Part shown: piece by piece, positions 1 through 9,398 of the stretch
How the letters are laid out: every line of letters starts with the position of its first letter
Numbering within the stretch: the first letter of the stretch is position 1
DNA from: Steroidobacteraceae bacterium
GTDB taxonomy: Bacteria; Pseudomonadota; Gammaproteobacteria; Steroidobacterales; Steroidobacteraceae
Length of the DNA stretch: 64,000 bases
NCBI GenBank assembly: GCA_050249415.1
Contig: JBFWQO010000003.1
Coordinates: forward strand, 22,814-86,813
Direction: 5' to 3'
The notes under the pieces: generated by a model
The model's database searches: none
Told to the model about the DNA's origin: nothing
What the model saw: the letters and a program-made list of their open reading frames with translations, nothing else
Made by a program: the position numbers and the translations under genes

Positions 1-3000
1 CGCAAGGCCGCGGCGGAGATGCGCATGCGCGTGCTCGGCGCACTCGCCGGCGACATCGACCCGGCCCATCCGCAGGCCGCGATCATGAGGTCCCTCGTGG
101 CACGCGTGCACGAGCGCTCGCGGGCACGGGGCTGGCAGCTCGAAGCGCAGGCCTCGCGGCTGCGGATCCTCACGATCGACGCATTCAATTTCTCGCTCGC
201 CGCACAGCGGCCGCTCGCCGCGGGCGCGGGCCCCGTGCCGGCGATTGCGGATCGCCCCGACGAGCTCTACCTGCGCGCCGCTCGCCGCGCATTGATCGAC
301 GGCGAGACTGAACCTGCGCTGCGAGGCGCGCTCGATCTCCTCTTCGAGCGGCTCGACAACCAGTGGGGCCGCTTCGAGGGTCTCCTCGCCGGCATGCTCG
401 CCAGGCGCGCCCATTGGCTGCCCCATGTGCTCGGGAGCTCGGCCGGTGACCTGCGGGCTCGCATCTCGGCGGCACTCACCCGCATCGTCGCGGACCAGTT
501 GACGCACAACGTCGGCGCCTTGCCCGCGCCATGGCTCGCCGATGCCGCGCGGCTGCCAGGAGTAGGTGCGCTCGCCGCGGACGTGGCCACGTTCGAGTCA
601 TGGCAGGCGCTGGCCGACGCCATGCTCACGAAAGCCGGCACGCTGCGCAAGAAGGTGACCGCGCAGATCGGCGCTGCGTATCGCGATGCCTCGAACAAGG
701 CGCTGCTCGTCGAGCTGCTGGAGCGCCTGGCGGGGATTTCGGCCGCCGAACGCCTCTTTGCCGCCACGCGTGCGCTGCCGGCCCCGGACCTGCCGCCCGA
801 CGACGCGACGGCGATCGATGCACTCGCGCAAGTGCTCACCTGGGCGGCCCGTCACCTGCAGCTCGAGTTTGCGCAGGCCGGTCGCGTCGATCACGTGTAC
901 ATCGCCGGGGCGGCGCGCGCAGCGCTGACCGAGGATGGCGGCGCGAGCGATCTCGCGATCCGCACCGGCGTCACGCTGCGACACATCCTCGTCGATGAAT
1001 TCCAGGACACCTCGATCGCGCAGTTCGGGTTGCTCGCCACGCTCGTGCAGGACTGGTCGCCGGGCGATGGCCGCACGCTGTTCATCGTCGGCGATCCGAT
1101 GCAGTCGATCTATCAGTTTCGCGAGGCGGAGGTGGGGCTGTTCCTCCGGGCGCGCGACTTCGGCATCGGGCCGGTCCGGCTCGAAGCGCTGCGGCTGTCG
1201 CGCAACTTCCGCTCGCGCCCGGCGCTGGTCGGGTTCAGCAACCGGGTTTTTGCCGGCGTGTTCCCGGCGCACGACGACATGCGCGAAGGGGCGGTACGCT
1301 TCACGCCGAGCGTCGCGGCGCGGATTGCCGACGGCGACGCACCTTGTGTGTCGCTCCTCGCCATCGCAAACGGGCGAGCGGAGGACGAGGCAGCCGCGGT
1401 CGTCGAGCGCGTGCGGGCCCTGCGCGCGGCCGGCGGAGAGGGCCGTATCGCGGTGCTCGTGCTCGCGCGTTCGCATGCGGCGCCGATCCGTGCGCAGCTC
1501 GCGGCCGCGGGGTTTGCGGTGCGCGGTGTCGATCTCGTGCCGCTCGCCGAGACACCGATCGTGCGCGACCTCGGCTCGCTGCTGCGTGCGCTATCGCATC
1601 CCGGTGACCGTACCGCCTGGCTCAGCGTGCTGCGCGCGCCCTGGTGCGGCCTCACGCTGCGCAGTCTCGGCGTGCTGTCGCGCCCCGACGATCCACTCCT
1701 CGTCGCGGAAGCGATGCAGGCGCCCGAACGGCTGGCGCTGCTCGACGCGGACGAGCGCTCGAGGCTCGACCGGATACGCGCGGCACTCGCACCGGCGGTC
1801 GACGCGTTCGGGCGCACCGCGCCGGGCGCGGCACTCGAATCGACGTGGCTGCAACTCGGCGGCGCAGATTGTTACGACGCCGACGACCTCGAGGCCGCGC
1901 ACGAGTTCTTCGCCGCGCTCGGCGACGCCTGGGCGCGCGGCGAATGGCGTGGCAGTGCAGGGCTCGAGCCGCTGCTCGCCGACCTCTACGCACGCTCAGC
2001 CGGCGCCGACCCCGCCGCGATCGAAATCATGACGATCCATCGCGCGAAGGGACTCGAGTTCGACCACGTGATCCTGCCGGGCCTCGCGCGCCTGCCACGC
2101 CGGGGCGAGGAGCCGCTGCTCCGCTGGCTCGATCTGCCGCGCATCGCGGGCCCGTCCGATCTGCTGCTCTCGCCCATCGTCGCGCAGGACGAGCGTTCCG
2201 CGCACCGGCTCGGCGGGTGGATCAAGGGGCTCGAACGGCAGCGCGAGAGGCAGGAGCAACTGCGCCTGCTGTATGTCGCGGCGACGCGCGCGCGTGAATC
2301 GCTGCACTGGATTGCCGCTATCGCGGTGAAGGACGCAAGCGACCCGAGGCCACGCAGCGGCTCGCTGCTCGCCGCGGCATGGCCGGCGCTGGCGGCGGGG
2401 GTCACTTGGGCCGATGCGGACCCGGGCCACGCGACGCCGGGCGACGCGCCCATCGAAGCTGCCGTACCGGTCACCCCGCCACTGCTGCGACTGCCTGCGT
2501 CGTGGCGAGCCGCGACTGTCGAGGACCGTGTCGCGGCGAGCGACATCACGGTGGCGCGCGAGTCGGGCACGGCGCCCGAGTTCAGCTGGGTGCGCGAGAC
2601 GGCGCGCCATATCGGCACGGTCGTGCATCGCGCGCTGGAACAGTGGGGGCGCGGCCAGCCACCGACTGCGCAGGCCATCGAGGCGGCGCGCCCCGGACAT
2701 CGCGCGCTGCTCGCCCGCCTCGGTGTGCCGGAGGGTGAACTCGCCGCCGCCGTCGACACCGTGACGCGAGCGCTGCTGCGCACGCAGGCCGACGCGCACG
2801 GCCAATGGCTCTTCGCGCCGGGGCACCGGTCAGCGGCGAACGAGTGGGCGTTGACGGGCCTCGTCGATGGGCGTCTCGTCAACGTGAAGATCGACCGCAG
2901 CTTCGTGGACGGGGAGGGCACGCGCTGGGTGATCGACTACAAGACCGGCAGCCACGAGGGCGGCTCGCTCGAGGATTTTCTGCGCAACGAGGCAGAGCGC

Positions 3001-3153
3001 TATCGCCCGCAGCTCGAGCGCTACGCGCAGCTCGCGCGCTCGTTCGGACCGGAACCCGTGCGCGCGGCGCTCTACTTCCCGCTGCTCGGAACCCTGCGGG
3101 TCGTGGCCCTGCGCGAGGGCGCGGGAGACGCTGTCAGTACGTCCCCGCGATAG
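1..3153 (+). CDS. UvrD/AddA-type ATP-dependent helicase with C-terminal PD-(D/E)XK (RecB-like) nuclease domain; 5' end lies upstream of the window
   Basis: ORF 19..3153 stays open in frame back to base 1. Helicase motifs LVDEFQDTS, FIVGDPMQSIYQFREA, MTIHRAKGLEFDHVI, LLYVAATRARESL. C-terminal nuclease motif RWVIDYKTG. Confidence 0.8.
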   Translation, partial: RKAAAEMRMRVLGALAGDIDPAHPQAAIMRSLVARVHERSRARGWQLEAQASRLRILTIDAFNFSLAAQRPLAAGAGPVPAIADRPDELYLRAARRALIDGETEPALRGALDLLFERLDNQWGRFEGLLAGMLARRAHWLPHVLGSSAGDLRARISAALTRIVADQLTHNVGALPAPWLADAARLPGVGALAADVATFESWQALADAMLTKAGTLRKKVTAQIGAAYRDASNKALLVELLERLAGISAAERLFAATRALPAPDLPPDDATAIDALAQVLTWAARHLQLEFAQAGRVDHVYIAGAARAALTEDGGASDLAIRTGVTLRHILVDEFQDTSIAQFGLLATLVQDWSPGDGRTLFIVGDPMQSIYQFREAEVGLFLRARDFGIGPVRLEALRLSRNFRSRPALVGFSNRVFAGVFPAHDDMREGAVRFTPSVAARIADGDAPCVSLLAIANGRAEDEAAAVVERVRALRAAGGEGRIAVLVLARSHAAPIRAQLAAAGFAVRGVDLVPLAETPIVRDLGSLLRALSHPGDRTAWLSVLRAPWCGLTLRSLGVLSRPDDPLLVAEAMQAPERLALLDADERSRLDRIRAALAPAVDAFGRTAPGAALESTWLQLGGADCYDADDLEAAHEFFAALGDAWARGEWRGSAGLEPLLADLYARSAGADPAAIEIMTIHRAKGLEFDHVILPGLARLPRRGEEPLLRWLDLPRIAGPSDLLLSPIVAQDERSAHRLGGWIKGLERQRERQEQLRLLYVAATRARESLHWIAAIAVKDASDPRPRSGSLLAAAWPALAAGVTWADADPGHATPGDAPIEAAVPVTPPLLRLPASWRAATVEDRVAASDITVARESGTAPEFSWVRETARHIGTVVHRALEQWGRGQPPTAQAIEAARPGHRALLARLGVPEGELAAAVDTVTRALLRTQADAHGQWLFAPGHRSAANEWALTGLVDGRLVNVKIDRSFVDGEGTRWVIDYKTGSHEGGSLEDFLRNEAERYRPQLERYAQLARSFGPEPVRAALYFPLLGTLRVVALREGAGDAVSTSPR

Positions 3154-3889
3154 AGAACGGCCGCCGCCCGGCCGCATCCGGTGTGCCGAGGAACGTGATC
3201 TGGCGGGCGAGGACGGGTGGCGTGTCGGCGCGCAGCGTGACGAAGCCGTCGACCACATAGCCGGCATCGCGGGTGAGTGTGACGTGGCCTTCGATCCCGA
3301 GCGGCCCGCCGAGATCGCGGAGCGTGCCCCGGATGCCTTGCGAGGGCTCCGCATCGCCTTGCGGCTCGTCGAAGCGGACTTCGACGCTGCCGAGCGGCGT
3401 CGCGCCCTGCACGAGGTCGCGCACGGTGAATACGCCGACGAGGTCGATGAGCGCGCGATCGTCGAGCACCGCGCGCCCGACCTGGGCGCGCAGCCGGCCG
3501 CGCAGCCCGAGCGCAGTGTCCTGCAACAGTCCTGCGCCGAGGGTGAGGTCGCCCCGGGCCCGTTGCACGATGAGCCGGCCACCCGGCCGCAATTCGACTT
3601 CGCCCTGCAGGCGCTCAGTGCCCGTGCGCAGGTCCACCGTGCCCGCGAGCGTCGCGCGCAGCAGCGGCAGCGCACGCATGTGCCAGGTCACCGCGCCGAG
3701 TTGCGCGCCGCGGGCGGCCAGTTGCCCGCATCGCCCGTGCCATACGCTACCGGCGGGGCGCCCGCACGTGACGCCGTTCGGCAGCCAGTGCGTCGCCCAG
3801 GCGAGTGGCCAGCGCACGGCGAGGATTCCGAGGCCGACGAGCACGGCAACGACGATGAGTCGCCAGGAAGAGCGGGCGGGTGCAGCCAT
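3134..3889 (-). CDS. gspN: Type II secretion system protein N
   Basis: Last gene of the gsp operon. N-terminal membrane anchor (WRLIVVAVLVGLGILAV) then soluble domain. Start trimmed to MAAPARSSW so it no longer overlaps gspM. Call rests mostly on position and architecture. Confidence 0.6.
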   Translation of the reverse strand: MAAPARSSWRLIVVAVLVGLGILAVRWPLAWATHWLPNGVTCGRPAGSVWHGRCGQLAARGAQLGAVTWHMRALPLLRATLAGTVDLRTGTERLQGEVELRPGGRLIVQRARGDLTLGAGLLQDTALGLRGRLRAQVGRAVLDDRALIDLVGVFTVRDLVQGATPLGSVEVRFDEPQGDAEPSQGIRGTLRDLGGPLGIEGHVTLTRDAGYVVDGFVTLRADTPPVLARQITFLGTPDAAGRRPFSIAGTY

Positions 3890-3897
3890 CGCCGGGG

Positions 3898-4380
3898 TCA
3901 GCGTGCGCTCAATTCGATGCTCGCGGTCACGAGCCCGGGCTCGTCGGTGCGCTCGACGCTGGCCGACACGACGCGTATGCCGTGCTGCTGGCGCAGCCGC
4001 GCGAGCCACGCGAGCATCACGTCGAAACGGGCCTTGTCGAACTGCACGCGCTGGCCGCCGCTGCCGGACGGCTCGGAGCGCACGAGCGATTCACCGAGAT
4101 TCGCTTCGCGCGCGGTGCGATCGACGGTCACCACGAGGGATTCGGCATTCGCGCCCGCATCGGCCACCGGGCCCGCGCCCGCGAGCGCCGGTGCGACACT
4201 GCGCATCCACGCGAGGTCCGCACGCTTCTTCGCGACGCGCTGTTCGAGTGTGGCGGCGCCCCGCGTGAGCGGCAACAGCACCATCATCAGGATGATCGCG
4301 AGCGCAAGGCACCCGCCGATCACGACGAAACGCCGCTCACGCTCCGCGAGCCCGCGATACCACTGCATGAGCGCGCCCAT
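3898..4380 (-). CDS. gspM: Type II secretion system protein M
   Basis: 160 aa with a single TM segment (FVVIGGCLALAIILMMVLLPL). Lies between gspL and gspN. Its start overlaps the gspL stop by 1 nt. Confidence 0.7.
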   Translation of the reverse strand: MGALMQWYRGLAERERRFVVIGGCLALAIILMMVLLPLTRGAATLEQRVAKKRADLAWMRSVAPALAGAGPVADAGANAESLVVTVDRTAREANLGESLVRSEPSGSGGQRVQFDKARFDVMLAWLARLRQQHGIRVVSASVERTDEPGLVTASIELSAR

Positions 4381-5633
4381 CAGGCGCCCGCCAGCTTGAT
4401 CTGGATGCGGCCTTCATAGCCCGAATCGGCCGCCGTACCGCTCGTGATCTCCGATGCGAGCCCCTGCGCCCGAAGTTCCCGGTTGATCCGGTCGAGGCTC
4501 TGCGCATCCCCCGCGCGCACCCGCAGGTCGAGCGCGCCTTCGCGCAGCGAGAGGCTCTGCAGGGTCGCATCGGGCGAGGCGGATCGCGCCCTGGCAAAGG
4601 CGCCGAGCGCCGGCAGCAGCCCTGCCTGCCCGCCGTTGTCCTGCAGCGCGCGGTAGCGCTGTTGCATGCGCTCGCGCGCATCGCGCGCATCGAGTGAACC
4701 TGGCATCGCGGCGCGGAATGTCTGTTCGATCTCCACATCGAGCGCGCGCTCGGCGGCATTCAGGCGCCGGATCTCGAGGAATTTCGTGCCGACGAACAGC
4801 AGCACGAGCGCGGCCGCGAGCGCGGCGGGCAGGCGCCAGCGACGCAGGTCACGCGCGCCCGTCGTGCGCTGCGCATGCTCGCCCTGCAGGAGATTGACGG
4901 CACCGGCGAGTTCGATCTGGCTCGCGAGCCAGGGCAACGAGCCCTGCGGGAGAATCTGCACTTTCGCGGCGGCAAAGTGCTCCTGCAGGAAGCCGAGCTC
5001 GCCTGCGTGTCGCTGCCAGTCCGCAGCGGGTGCATGGAGGAGCAGCGACACACGGGCCGGGTCGACCCCTTCGCCGTATGCCCGCGTCGCCGCCAGGAAG
5101 CTGAACGTGTCCGGCAGCGTGGTGACCGGCGCCACGACCGGCGGGCGATCCGCGGTGCGCAGTACGAGCATGTCGTCTTCCAGCCAGGCCACGACCTGGC
5201 CGGGGTTCGCCGCAATGAGGCTCGCTTCGCTGTAGAGCGCCGCGGGCGCGAGCCCCGCTTCCGCGAGCTGCGCCGTCACCGCCTGCATCACCGGCTTGCC
5301 GACGACCGCGATCGCGGTGCGGCCCGACAGGGCATCCCGGCGCCCGACGGCGAAATGCAACGTATCGATGTCGTCGGCGACCTGTTCCTCGAGCGCGTAG
5401 GGCACGAGTTGCGCGAGCTTCGCGCCGGCCTTTGCCGGCAGCACCGCTTCGGTGAGCAGGACATCGCCGGCCGGCACGAGCACGGCGACCCTGCGCCCGG
5501 CGACGGCGCGGGCCGCTTCGGCGAGTGTGCCGCTGCCCGGAGCCGCCAGCAGATGGCCCTGGCCATCGACGGCCGCCCACGCGACCTGCTCGCTCCCGTG
5601 CCCCTGCAACCGCACTACCAACCAGTCAGCCAT
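4380..5633 (-). CDS. gspL: Type II secretion system protein L
   Basis: 417 aa with a cytoplasmic N-domain, a central TM (LPAALAAALVLLFVG) and a periplasmic C-domain. Sits between gspK and gspM. Confidence 0.75.
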   Translation of the reverse strand: MADWLVVRLQGHGSEQVAWAAVDGQGHLLAAPGSGTLAEAARAVAGRRVAVLVPAGDVLLTEAVLPAKAGAKLAQLVPYALEEQVADDIDTLHFAVGRRDALSGRTAIAVVGKPVMQAVTAQLAEAGLAPAALYSEASLIAANPGQVVAWLEDDMLVLRTADRPPVVAPVTTLPDTFSFLAATRAYGEGVDPARVSLLLHAPAADWQRHAGELGFLQEHFAAAKVQILPQGSLPWLASQIELAGAVNLLQGEHAQRTTGARDLRRWRLPAALAAALVLLFVGTKFLEIRRLNAAERALDVEIEQTFRAAMPGSLDARDARERMQQRYRALQDNGGQAGLLPALGAFARARSASPDATLQSLSLREGALDLRVRAGDAQSLDRINRELRAQGLASEITSGTAADSGYEGRIQIKLAGA

Positions 5634-5636
5634 GGA

Positions 5637-6569
5637 TCAATCCGTACCGTAGGTGCGCAGGATCGGGCGCACCCCCGTCGCTTCGCGCTTCAGGAGACTG
5701 TACAAGGCGAACTCCGTGGTGCCAATACTGACGAACGTGCGCAGGCGGAAGTATTCCGACTTGTCGGCCACCTGGTACTGCAGCGTCGCCCACTGGTCGG
5801 CGGGCACCTTGGCCTGCAGGTCGGACTTCAGCGGAAAGCAGCCCGATTCCCGCGTCTTCGCGAGGCGCTCTTCGTCGAGACCGTATTCGTGCTCCCGGGT
5901 CAGCGCGTCGATCACGACGCCCGGCGCCGTGCACACATTGAGCGGCGTGCCGGGGGGCAGGGCGCTGATGTACGGGGCGAGGCGCTGGTAGCGTTCGATC
6001 CCGAAACCCGGCAATGCGAGCAATTCGCTCACGCTCACGATCGGCGCGTTCGGCGCGCGATAGGCCGGGCTCTGCGCGAGATACAGCGTATCCTCGCCGC
6101 CCTCGAAGCCGTTTGGTTCCACGTCGGCGTCGATCCAGTCCGCGAGCAGCACCGCCCATTTGCGCTCGAGCTGCAGCGTCTCGAGCAGACGCGCGAACTG
6201 CTCGATGACGTCGGCACGCGCGACGCCGTCGCCATTGACGAGATTGTTCACGTTGAACCGGCCCTGCGCGTCGTCGAGCCGCGCCTCGAGCCAGATGTCG
6301 GACCCCGGGATCAGCTCGACCGGCCCGTAGGGACGCGCCCACGCCTCGCTGTAGTCGTCCCGCTGGTTGTTCTTGCGATCCTCACGCAGCGCCCAGGCGG
6401 CGATCGCTTCCGCCGCGCCCGCGAACTGCACGCCCTGGTCGAACAGGAACGCGCCGCTCGTGCGCCGCGCGGTCATGCCGCTCTTGAATGCGACGTTCGC
6501 CGCGACGATCGTCGCCAGACCCACGAGGATGATCGCGGTGAGGAGGGCGACGCCGCGCTCGCGCTTCAT
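5637..6569 (-). CDS. gspK: Type II secretion minor pseudopilin K
   Basis: N-terminus MKRERGVALLTAIILVGLATIV is typical of GspK (no Glu+5). About 310 aa. Overlaps the gspJ stop. Confidence 0.85.
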   Translation of the reverse strand: MKRERGVALLTAIILVGLATIVAANVAFKSGMTARRTSGAFLFDQGVQFAGAAEAIAAWALREDRKNNQRDDYSEAWARPYGPVELIPGSDIWLEARLDDAQGRFNVNNLVNGDGVARADVIEQFARLLETLQLERKWAVLLADWIDADVEPNGFEGGEDTLYLAQSPAYRAPNAPIVSVSELLALPGFGIERYQRLAPYISALPPGTPLNVCTAPGVVIDALTREHEYGLDEERLAKTRESGCFPLKSDLQAKVPADQWATLQYQVADKSEYFRLRTFVSIGTTEFALYSLLKREATGVRPILRTYGTD

Positions 6570-7180
6570 CCCGGCACCTCGATGAGGCGCGTCACGGTAC
6601 CGAAGTCCTCGAGTTCGAGCGTCACTTCGACTGCGATCGGGCGACGGCGCAGCAGCGGCTGGCGCACGTCACCGCCGGTGACGAGGCCCGGCCACTGTTC
6701 CGTCCAGCTGCGGCCGTTCTCCATGAAGCGCAAGCGCACGCTCTTCACGTGGTCGATCAGCTTGCGACGCACGGGCTCTGCACCGAGCACCGGATCGAGC
6801 ACGCGCCAGTGCTCGCGATAGAGCGTGCCGTCATCGAGCGCATAGCGGACACGCTGCAGCGCGGGCCGCTGGATGCCGGCCGGGTTCGCCCAGCCCATGC
6901 GCGTGAATGTCACGAGCACATCGGTGCGGCCATCGGCGAGGAGCGCCGGATCGGCGCCGTCGCCGACGAGGCTGCGTGTGGCGCGCGGGGCGAGTTGCCC
7001 GAAGTCCTGCGACACGATGCGCATCGTGTTGACGAGTGCGTGCAGGCGATCCTGGTTCTCCTGCACGGCGCTGCGATTGACGAGCGCCTGTTGCAGGGCG
7101 CCGTAGCCGATCGCGAAGATGACGGCGGAGATGAACAGCGCCACCAGCAGTTCGATCAGGGTGAAGCCGCGGCCGCGCAT
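6566..7180 (-). CDS. gspJ: Type II secretion minor pseudopilin J
   Basis: Prepilin-type N-terminus MRGRGFTLIELLVALFI. 204 aa. Operon position. Confidence 0.85.
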   Translation of the reverse strand: MRGRGFTLIELLVALFISAVIFAIGYGALQQALVNRSAVQENQDRLHALVNTMRIVSQDFGQLAPRATRSLVGDGADPALLADGRTDVLVTFTRMGWANPAGIQRPALQRVRYALDDGTLYREHWRVLDPVLGAEPVRRKLIDHVKSVRLRFMENGRSWTEQWPGLVTGGDVRQPLLRRRPIAVEVTLELEDFGTVTRLIEVPG

Positions 7181-7719
7181 CAGGTGGTCGGCAGAGTGCT
7201 GCCGGGCGGCGTGGGAGTCGGTGTCGGGGCCGGTGTCGCGCCGGGTGGGGTCGCCTCGCCGCCGGAGCCCGTCGGCTCGCCGGGGAACGGCCCGCCATTC
7301 CAGTCGGGGTCCGCACCGTTCGGCGGCGCGACCGCGTCTCCGACGACACCGCTCGCCGTCACGGTCCAGTCATTCTTCGACGTACCCTTGGCACCGGGGC
7401 GGGTCGCGGCGTCCGCGACGCGCACGTCGATGCGCAGCACCCCCTGCACGTCGGTCTCGACGACCTCCTGCTCGTAGCGCCACTTGCGCCCCGCGTAGTC
7501 GAGCTCGCCGGTCGCCTTGCCCTTCGACGGCCGCTTCGCCGCGAGCCGCAACTCGGAGATGCGATTGAGCGCAATCCATTCGGCGAAGGTCTTGTCGCGC
7601 AGGTAAATCGACGAATCGGCCGCCGAGGTCAGCGTGCCGAGCAGCGCCGCCATGCCGACCGCGACGATCACGAGCGCCACCAGCACCTCGATCAGCGTGA
7701 AGCCGCGCGCGCGCCTCAT
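7180..7719 (-). CDS. gspI: Type II secretion minor pseudopilin I with a Pro/Thr/Gly-rich C-terminal extension
   Basis: Prepilin N-terminus MRRARGFTLIEVLVALVIV and a GspI-like core. Unusual tail ...APPNGADPDWNGGPFPGEPTGSGGEATPPGATPAPTPTPTPPGSTLPTT. Confidence 0.85.
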   Translation of the reverse strand: MRRARGFTLIEVLVALVIVAVGMAALLGTLTSAADSSIYLRDKTFAEWIALNRISELRLAAKRPSKGKATGELDYAGRKWRYEQEVVETDVQGVLRIDVRVADAATRPGAKGTSKNDWTVTASGVVGDAVAPPNGADPDWNGGPFPGEPTGSGGEATPPGATPAPTPTPTPPGSTLPTT

Positions 7720-8252
7720 CGCCGTGCCGCCTCATCGGGCAAGGTCAACGTGACCTCGCCCGCATGCTCGCCCGTGTCCAGGCTCGCGACCGTGGCGGCG
7801 AGCGGGCTGCCCTCGCGGGCGAGGGTGAGCTCGAACGGCGTCACATCGCCGTTCGAGAACAGCATCACCTGCGGCAGCAGCGGCTCGTTGTCCCTGGGCG
7901 GGCGCAGCAGCACCTCGCGCCCCTCGACCCGCAGTCGCAGTCGCAACCCCACCGGCAGCGTACGCTCGCGCATCGAGTCGTCGGCGTCGGCGCCGACCCA
8001 GATACCGCGCCGCGGGTCGAAGATGAGGAAGCGGTACCGGTCCCCCTCGCAGCGCAGCCCGTACTCGCGGGTGGTGAGCTCGGCGTGCTCGCGAACGTAC
8101 CCGATGAGTGATTCGAGGCGTCGCGATTCCGTCTCGAGGGCGTCGTCGCGTTTCGCGGTACCGAGCGTGAGCACGGCGCCGACCGCGAGCACGCCGATGA
8201 TCACGACCACGACCAGGATTTCGATGAGTGTGAAGCCGCGAAGGTGCTTCAT
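7716..8252 (-). CDS. gspH: Type II secretion minor pseudopilin H
   Basis: Prepilin N-terminus MKHLRGFTLIEILVVVVIIGVLA. 178 aa. Operon position. Confidence 0.85.
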   Translation of the reverse strand: MKHLRGFTLIEILVVVVIIGVLAVGAVLTLGTAKRDDALETESRRLESLIGYVREHAELTTREYGLRCEGDRYRFLIFDPRRGIWVGADADDSMRERTLPVGLRLRLRVEGREVLLRPPRDNEPLLPQVMLFSNGDVTPFELTLAREGSPLAATVASLDTGEHAGEVTLTLPDEAARR

Positions 8253-8288
8253 GGGTGGCCGCCCACCGGCCCGCGGGTGACCGGCGCC

Positions 8289-8726
8289 CTAGCGATCCAG
8301 GTTCCAGTTACCGATGTCGGCGTTGATGCCTTCACCACCGGGCTCGCCGTCGGCTCCGAGCGAGAAGAGGTCGTAATCCCCGCCACGCGTGCCGGGGAAC
8401 ACATACTGGTAGTCGTTGCCCCACGGATCCTTGTTGACGCGCTTCAGGTATCCGCCCGCACGCCAGTTGCGCACGTTCGGGTCCGCGGGCTTCTGCACGA
8501 GGGCATTCAGGCCGAAGTCCGTATTCGGGAACTGGAAGGTGTCGAGCTTGTACATCGTGAGTGCCGTCTCGAGCGCCTGGATGTCCTGCTTCGCCTTCAC
8601 GATCTTGGCGTCATCGACACGCCCGAGGATCTGCGGCGCGATGAAGGCCGCGAGCAGGCCGATGATCACGACCACGACCATGATCTCGATCAGCGTGAAT
8701 CCGGCGGAGCGGGAAGGATGGCGCAT
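8289..8726 (-). CDS. gspG: Type II secretion major pseudopilin G
   Basis: MRHPSRSAG|FTLIEIMVVVVIIGLLAAFIAPQI, then the conserved GspG core (KAKQDIQALETAL...KDPWGNDYQY...SLGADGEPGG). ORF start trimmed from 8792 to the Met giving a 9-aa prepilin leader. Confidence 0.9.
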   Translation of the reverse strand: MRHPSRSAGFTLIEIMVVVVIIGLLAAFIAPQILGRVDDAKIVKAKQDIQALETALTMYKLDTFQFPNTDFGLNALVQKPADPNVRNWRAGGYLKRVNKDPWGNDYQYVFPGTRGGDYDLFSLGADGEPGGEGINADIGNWNLDR

Positions 8727-8746
8727 ATAGCGGATAATGATACCAA

Positions 8747-9370
8747 ATGGCCGGCAACGAAAAGCTCTCCCGCGCGCGCCGCGGCGTGGCACGCGCGATC
8801 GCGTCGCTGAACGGCGACGGGCGCTACGGGGCGGCGCTGCTCATCGCCGCGGCGTGCCTGCTGTTGCCGTCGGCCGGCGGTAGCGTGCTGCGCGACTCGC
8901 TGCGCTACGAGCGCACCGCGCTCGCGGCGGGCGAGTACTGGCGCCTCCTCACCGCGCATGTCGTACACCTCGACCTCTCGCACGCGGCGCTCAATACGCT
9001 CGGACTCGTGCTGATGTGGGCGCTGTTCGCACGCGACTACACGCCCCGGCGCTGGATCGTCATTGCGCTCGCATCGATCGCCGCCATCGACGCGGGGCTC
9101 TGGTGGCTCGCGCCGCAGGTCGAGTGGTATGTCGGCGCGTCCGGCGCCCTGCACGGGGCGATGGCAGCCGGCACGATAGCCCACTTGCGACGCCGCGACT
9201 TCGACGGATGGATCCTCGCGGCCTTCCTCGCCGGCAAACTCATCGTCGAACAGCGTATCGGGCTGCCGTTCGCGGGTGATGCCCCGGTGATCCACGCCGC
9301 GCATCTCTACGGTGCGATCGGCGGGCTCGGGGCGGCGCTCCTCCTGCCGTCCCGGCGCGAGCCGCTATAA
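8747..9370 (+). CDS. rrtA: Rhombosortase (rhomboid-family intramembrane serine protease of the GlyGly-CTERM sorting system)
   Basis: About 200 aa and polytopic. Motifs LRYERTALAAGEYWRLLTAHVVHLDLSHAALNTLGL, catalytic-type GASGALHG, and AAHLYGAIGG. These resemble the rhombosortase family (TIGR03902) as I remember it. Start uncertain. Confidence 0.7.
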   Translation: MAGNEKLSRARRGVARAIASLNGDGRYGAALLIAAACLLLPSAGGSVLRDSLRYERTALAAGEYWRLLTAHVVHLDLSHAALNTLGLVLMWALFARDYTPRRWIVIALASIAAIDAGLWWLAPQVEWYVGASGALHGAMAAGTIAHLRRRDFDGWILAAFLAGKLIVEQRIGLPFAGDAPVIHAAHLYGAIGGLGAALLLPSRREPL

Positions 9371-9398
9371 TCCGCGCGTCGCAGCGGCAGGAACTTGC

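Noticed and set aside
4875-6821. Very long ORFs lying antisense to, or out of frame with, well-supported genes. Examples: 4875..6821, 11204..12991, 14770..16404, 28312..30312, 45085..46866, 47544..48692, 50723..52336, 55775..57022.
   Set aside because: Arg/Ala/Gly/Pro-dominated translations with no recognisable motifs. Each overlaps a gene with strong family signatures. Open frames of this kind are expected by chance in DNA this GC-rich, because stop codons are rare.
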